In this document: in pieces, positions 58,794-64,000 of the stretch | Position numbering within the stretch: position 1 is the first letter of the stretch | How the letters are laid out: each line of letters opens with the position of its first letter | NCBI GenBank assembly: GCA_050949565.1 | Contig: JBMNFY010000006.1 | Coordinates: 1-64,000, forward strand | Length of the DNA: 64,000 nucleotides | Reading direction: 5' to 3' | Source of the DNA: Kiritimatiellia bacterium | GTDB lineage: Bacteria > Verrucomicrobiota > Kiritimatiellia > RFP12 > UBA1067 | Made by a program: the position numbers and the translations under genes | Notes under the pieces: model-generated | The model's input: only the letters and a program-made list of their open reading frames with translations | Databases searched by the model: none | Told to the model about the DNA's origin: nothing

Positions 58794-59789
58794 TCAGACG
58801 ATGACAGGTTTGAGGACGCGGATGTTTTGGGGCGCGAAAGCCTTGGCCAGCCGCTCGTACATGGCATCGTCGGTGTAAGTGCCGATGATGGCACCACCGG
58901 AGCCGGTGAACTTGGCGGAGGCACCTACCTCGCGCGCGGTTTCGACCATGCGCAGATTGCCCTCGCTGAGCTTGAAGATCTGGCGGCGGCGGTCGAAGTT
59001 GGCGTCCATCAACGCGGCAAGGGTGGGCCAGTCGCCCTCCGCCAGCGCGGTACGCGCCTGCACGGTGATGTCGGCCCAGAAGTTCATGGCGTCCACGACC
59101 TCCTTCTCGCCGCGGTTAAAACGGTCGCGGATGTTGTTGTGGAAGACTTCCGAGCCTTCCGAGAGGTCGGTGCGGTAGGCGATATAGAGCGGCGGCAGGT
59201 TGGAAATTTGCAGCGGCTCATAGCGGCCAAAGCCCTGGGTCTCGAGCAGCGTCTTATCGAAGTCCATGAAGACGACGCCTTGATAGACCTGCGCCACGCG
59301 GTCTTGCAGACCGGCGGCGATGCCCAGTTCGCGGGTCTCGACGGCGCGGATCAGGTTGGCGAGTTGAGGCTTGGGGATGGTGACTCCGTAGAAGGCCAGC
59401 AGGGCGCGCATGGTCGCCGTGATGATGGCACTGGAGCCGGCCAGGCCGACGAGGTTGGGGATGTTGGTGTCGTAGCGGATGGTGAAGTTGTTGTCGTGCA
59501 ACTCAATCTCATGTTCCTGGCAATAGCCGTAGAAGCACTTGATGGCCGACTTGAGCAGACGGATACCGCCGTAGTAGCCGAAAAGCCGCACGTCGTCGTA
59601 CAGCGACTGGATACTGGCGAAGACCGATCCGTCGCGACGGCAGGGCACGATCTCCAGGTCAGGCGACTCATAGAGCGTGACGCGCGCGGAAAAATTCGAA
59701 AAGGTAAAGGCAATGGTCTTTCCGAAATAACCATCGGAAGGATTCCCGATGAGCGCTGCGCGAGGATATGAGGTCGTGCGTATGATCAT
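58794..59789 (-). CDS. GHMP kinase, glucuronokinase-like
   Basis: [58 protein letters not shown]. Confidence 0.8.
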   Translation of the reverse strand: MIIRTTSYPRAALIGNPSDGYFGKTIAFTFSNFSARVTLYESPDLEIVPCRRDGSVFASIQSLYDDVRLFGYYGGIRLLKSAIKCFYGYCQEHEIELHDNNFTIRYDTNIPNLVGLAGSSAIITATMRALLAFYGVTIPKPQLANLIRAVETRELGIAAGLQDRVAQVYQGVVFMDFDKTLLETQGFGRYEPLQISNLPPLYIAYRTDLSEGSEVFHNNIRDRFNRGEKEVVDAMNFWADITVQARTALAEGDWPTLAALMDANFDRRRQIFKLSEGNLRMVETAREVGASAKFTGSGGAIIGTYTDDAMYERLAKAFAPQNIRVLKPVIV

Positions 59790-59800
59790 GGCGACAGAGC

Positions 59801-59867
59801 AGTTAGGAGTTAGGAGTTAGGATTTAGGATTTAGGATTTAGGAGTTGGGAATTGGGGGTTGGGAGTT
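59801..59867. repeat. 7-bp-period tandem repeat
   Basis: AGTTAGG / ATTTAGG / AGTTGGG, about 9 units; related tract at 56221-56254. Confidence 0.8.
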
Positions 59868-59899
59868 TTGACTTCCTTTTCTCCGTCGGCCTATTCCGC

Positions 59900-61165
<1,266 letters not shown>

Positions 61166-61271
61166 GGTCGCTCTCTCCAAAAAAAGACATGAACGTTGAA
61201 AAGTCGCGCCAGTATACGGGATACCGCCGACCTTGGCAAACCGGATGTTGTTCGGGCTTGCAGGTTCCGGC

Positions 61272-61300
61272 TTGCATATCGCGCGAACGTCTGATACTTT
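61272..61300 (+). promoter_or_regulatory. Putative promoter of tRNA-His
   Basis: TTGCAT-17 bp-TACTTT with TGn extension. Confidence 0.55.
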
Positions 61301-61315
61301 ACCCACATCTTTCAT

Positions 61316-61393
61316 GGCGAAAATAGCTCAGTTGGTTAGAGCAGCAGATTGTGGATCTGCGGGTCGCGGGTTCGAGTCCCGTTTTTCGCCCCA
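61316..61393 (+). tRNA. tRNA-His (GTG) with encoded G-1 and CCA
   Basis: G+GCGAAAA/TTTTCGC acceptor stem, D arm AGCTCAGTTGGTTAGAGC, anticodon arm GCAGA-TTGTGGA-TCTGC, T arm GCGGG-TTCGAGT-CCCGT, discriminator C, CCA. Confidence 0.97.
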
Positions 61394-61399
61394 GTTTTT

Positions 61400-61429
61400 A
61401 CCCCAGTAAAACTCCGGTTTTATTGGGGT
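61400..61429 (+). terminator. Hairpin downstream of tRNA-His
   Basis: ACCCCAGTAAAAC-TCCG-GTTTTATTGGGGT. Confidence 0.55.
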
Positions 61430-61435
61430 TCTTCA

Positions 61436-61464
61436 TTGACGGGGGGCGTGGGGCGTGGGACAAT
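61436..61464 (+). promoter_or_regulatory. Putative promoter of iorA
   Basis: TTGACG-17 bp-GACAAT with TGn extension. Confidence 0.55.
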
Positions 61465-61578
61465 CACGAACCATGAGAACCCGGAGGTGCGGGGACGGCG
61501 ACGGACGCCCCGCGTTCCTGCCGGTGCCGGCATGCAGATTTCTGGAGCCTGTGAAGAAAGAGAAAGAGGGATGAATCG

Positions 61579-63354
61579 ATGAGCCGTAAGGTTTTGTTGT
61601 CAGCAAATGAGGCGGTCGCATGGGCGGCCTGCAAGGCGGGTTGTGCTGTGGCGTCGGCCTATCCCGGAACGCCGAGTACCGAGATTCTTGAGCAAGTGGC
61701 GAAGTTCAAGGACTCGATCTACTGTGAGTGGGGCGTGAATGAAAAGGTCTCGATGGAGGTCGCCATCGGCGCCTCGATCGCTGGCGCACGTGCACTGACC
61801 GCCATGAAGCATGTGGGCCTCAATGTGGCGATGGATCCGCTGATGACCTACACGTATGTCGGCGCGAACGGCGGTCTGGTGGTGGTCACGGCCGACGACC
61901 CCGGCATGCACAGCTCGCAGAATGAGCAGGACTCGCGCAATCTGGTCAAGTTCGCGCGCGCCGCGCTCTTCGAGCCCGCCGACAGCCAGGAGACCTTTGA
62001 CATGGTGCAGGCCGCGTTCGAGGTCTCGGAGCAGTTTCAAGTGCCGGCGTTTGTACGGCTTTCGACCCGGACGTCGCACACCTCGACGGTCGTGGATGTC
62101 GGTGACGATTTCGGGCCGGGGTACCCGGAGCGCAAAGAGTACGTCAAGGATATTCGGCGCTACATCCCCGTTCCGATGTTTGCGCGTCCTCAGCGTCTGA
62201 AGGCGCAGGAGCGTACCGCTGCCTTGCGTGCTTTCGCCGGTGAGACGCCGTTCAACCGCGTCGAGCGCGGTGACGACCGTCTCGGCATCATCACCTCCGG
62301 CGTGACATACCAGTATGTGAAGGAGGTCTTCCCTGAGTTCAGCGTGCTCAAGCTGGGCTTCACCAATCCGTTGCCGATTGAGCAAGTCAAAGCGTTTGCG
62401 GCGAGTGTGGAGCGTGTACTGGTGATTGAGGAACTGGATCCGTTCCTAGAGGATCAGGTGCGGGCGTTGGGTATCAAGGTGGTCGAGCATGCGACCGAGT
62501 TGAACATGCACGAGATGAATCCGGTGCGCCTGACCGCGTTGCGCAAGGAGTTACTCGGCGATGTCGAACTGCCCGTCGTTACGCGTGCGGACGCTGGTCT
62601 GCCGACGCGTCCGCCGGTGCTCTGCGCCGGTTGCGGCCATCGCTCGGTCTTCTACACGCTGGCTAAGTTGGGCGCGACCGTTACGGGCGACATCGGATGC
62701 TACACGCTGGGCGCGTTTCCTCCGCTCAACGCGATGGACACCACGATTTGCATGGGGGCCTCCGTCGGCAATGCCTACGGTATGGAGAAAGCCGGTAAGA
62801 GCGGGCGTCTCTGCGCGGTGATCGGCGACTCGACCTTCTTCCACTCCGGCATGACCGGCATCCTGAACGTGCTCTACAACGGCGGCACGATCACCACGAT
62901 CGTGCTCGACAACCGCATTACCGGTATGACCGGCCATCAGGACAATCCGGGCTCCGGGCGTACCCTGCGTGGCGATCCCGCGCCGGTTACGGACATTGCA
63001 GAAATCGCCAAGGCGATGGGCTTCAAGCGCGTGGTGAGTGTAGATGCGTATGACATGGCCGCCTTGGAGCGCGTCCTCAAGGAGGAGCTGGATGCGCCCG
63101 AGCCGTCGGTCGTGATCGCCGGCGGCCCTTGCCGCATTGCCGCCAAGCTGACGAACGCCGGCACTTTCGAGGTGGACGCGGAGAAGTGCAAGGCCTGCGG
63201 TGCCTGCTTCAAGTTGGGCTGCCCCGCGATTGAGCGCGGCGAGCCGACGCCGGACGGCAAGCGGTTCAAGTCGCGCATCGATCCCGTGCAGTGCGCGGGA
63301 TGTACCATGTGCGAGCAATTGTGCAAATTTGGAGCGATCAAGCGGGTGCGGTAG
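61579..63354 (+). CDS. iorA: Indolepyruvate ferredoxin oxidoreductase alpha subunit
   Basis: AYPGTPSTEI, NEKV, MKHVGLNVA, DDPGMHSSQNEQD, RPPVLCAGCGHR, GDIGCY, IGDSTFFHSG, two C-terminal 4Fe-4S motifs. Confidence 0.95.
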   Translation: MSRKVLLSANEAVAWAACKAGCAVASAYPGTPSTEILEQVAKFKDSIYCEWGVNEKVSMEVAIGASIAGARALTAMKHVGLNVAMDPLMTYTYVGANGGLVVVTADDPGMHSSQNEQDSRNLVKFARAALFEPADSQETFDMVQAAFEVSEQFQVPAFVRLSTRTSHTSTVVDVGDDFGPGYPERKEYVKDIRRYIPVPMFARPQRLKAQERTAALRAFAGETPFNRVERGDDRLGIITSGVTYQYVKEVFPEFSVLKLGFTNPLPIEQVKAFAASVERVLVIEELDPFLEDQVRALGIKVVEHATELNMHEMNPVRLTALRKELLGDVELPVVTRADAGLPTRPPVLCAGCGHRSVFYTLAKLGATVTGDIGCYTLGAFPPLNAMDTTICMGASVGNAYGMEKAGKSGRLCAVIGDSTFFHSGMTGILNVLYNGGTITTIVLDNRITGMTGHQDNPGSGRTLRGDPAPVTDIAEIAKAMGFKRVVSVDAYDMAALERVLKEELDAPEPSVVIAGGPCRIAAKLTNAGTFEVDAEKCKACGACFKLGCPAIERGEPTPDGKRFKSRIDPVQCAGCTMCEQLCKFGAIKRVR

Positions 63355-63374
63355 CCGATCACATTCTTCTTATT

Positions 63375-64000
63375 ATGGGTAAAAAAAAGACATTCAAATA
63401 TCCGCACGGGACGCCGATACGTACCGATATGGAACCGCTTTTGGCTTTTGCTAACGCCCATATCGGAAAGTTGCTGTCGGCTTCGCTGGTGTGCGAAATG
63501 GCGGATGTCGAATCGCCCAAAACGCATGACTGTTTGCTGCGCAACGGTGTGACTTTACTGACTCACCGTGAATGTCCGGGGTTGTTGCAAAACGGTCAGA
63601 TGCTTTTTTGGCCGGCAGATGATGATCGGCCAGAGGTGAGCAGTTCGAGCCCGCCTGTGTCGGCGTATGATCCTAATGACGGACGACGCTTTGTTCCAGA
63701 GCGTAAACTTAGGCTCAGCGATATCAAGAACACGCTTTTCGAAGGTGATTGTCTGGAGATATTGCCGTTTTTTCCCGATGCCTGCGTAGACATGGTGCTA
63801 TGTGATCTGCCTTACGGGACAACTCAAAACAAATGGGACAGTCTTATCCCTTTGGATCCACTTTGGGAGCAGTACCGCAGGATTCTTAAGCCGAGAGGTG
63901 TCGTGGTGTTAACCGCGCAGGGGATTTTCACTGCCAAAGTTATTTTGAGCAACGAGGCGTGGTTCAAATACAAAATCGTCTGGGAAAAATCCAAGCCGAC
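63375..64000 (+). CDS. Beta-class N4/N6 DNA methyltransferase with ~115-aa N-terminal extension (runs off window)
   Basis: Open frame from ATG 63375; GDCLEIL…VDMVLCDLPYGTTQNKWDSLIP…RILKPRG…IVWEKSKP. Confidence 0.85.
   Translation, partial: MGKKKTFKYPHGTPIRTDMEPLLAFANAHIGKLLSASLVCEMADVESPKTHDCLLRNGVTLLTHRECPGLLQNGQMLFWPADDDRPEVSSSSPPVSAYDPNDGRRFVPERKLRLSDIKNTLFEGDCLEILPFFPDACVDMVLCDLPYGTTQNKWDSLIPLDPLWEQYRRILKPRGVVVLTAQGIFTAKVILSNEAWFKYKIVWEKSKP

Noticed and set aside
61316-61393. tRNA-His as an island integration site
   Set aside because: No integrase nearby and no duplicated tRNA 3' end seen in the window.

Overview
64 kb of a GC-rich bacterial chromosome, most likely an anaerobic PVC-superphylum organism (Kiritimatiellia-like; inferred from the long N-terminal extension of LepB and the many secreted glycan enzymes and beta-strand-repeat proteins). 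Housekeeping genes: thrS, infC (ATC start), dinB, rpe, lepA-lepB, rlmB, yicC, ruvC, fabH, galU, icd, tRNA-His, iorA. These are mixed with secreted CAZymes, Tat-exported sugar oxidoreductases/isomerases and oxygen/sulfide-defence enzymes. Accessory DNA: an IS5 element interrupting a zinc-ribbon gene, a putative type II R-M pair, a partial beta-class MTase, and a 49.8-55.3 kb block. In that block a HigB-like toxin, a HEPN toxin and a type I R-M system are each disabled by internal deletion, and the modules are separated by five copies of a ~25-29 bp ACCTGTCCC motif. Intergenic DNA is unusually structured: two MITE families with target-site duplications, REP-like palindromes including a 1.2 kb mosaic array, a dispersed ~120 bp element, and many 7-9 bp-periodic micro-repeats, some chained by a GGCATGGC linker. 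Three unrelated secreted proteins end in a shared G-x-(hydrophobic)4-R/N tail, a candidate sorting signal. All calls are from reading the sequence; no searches were run.
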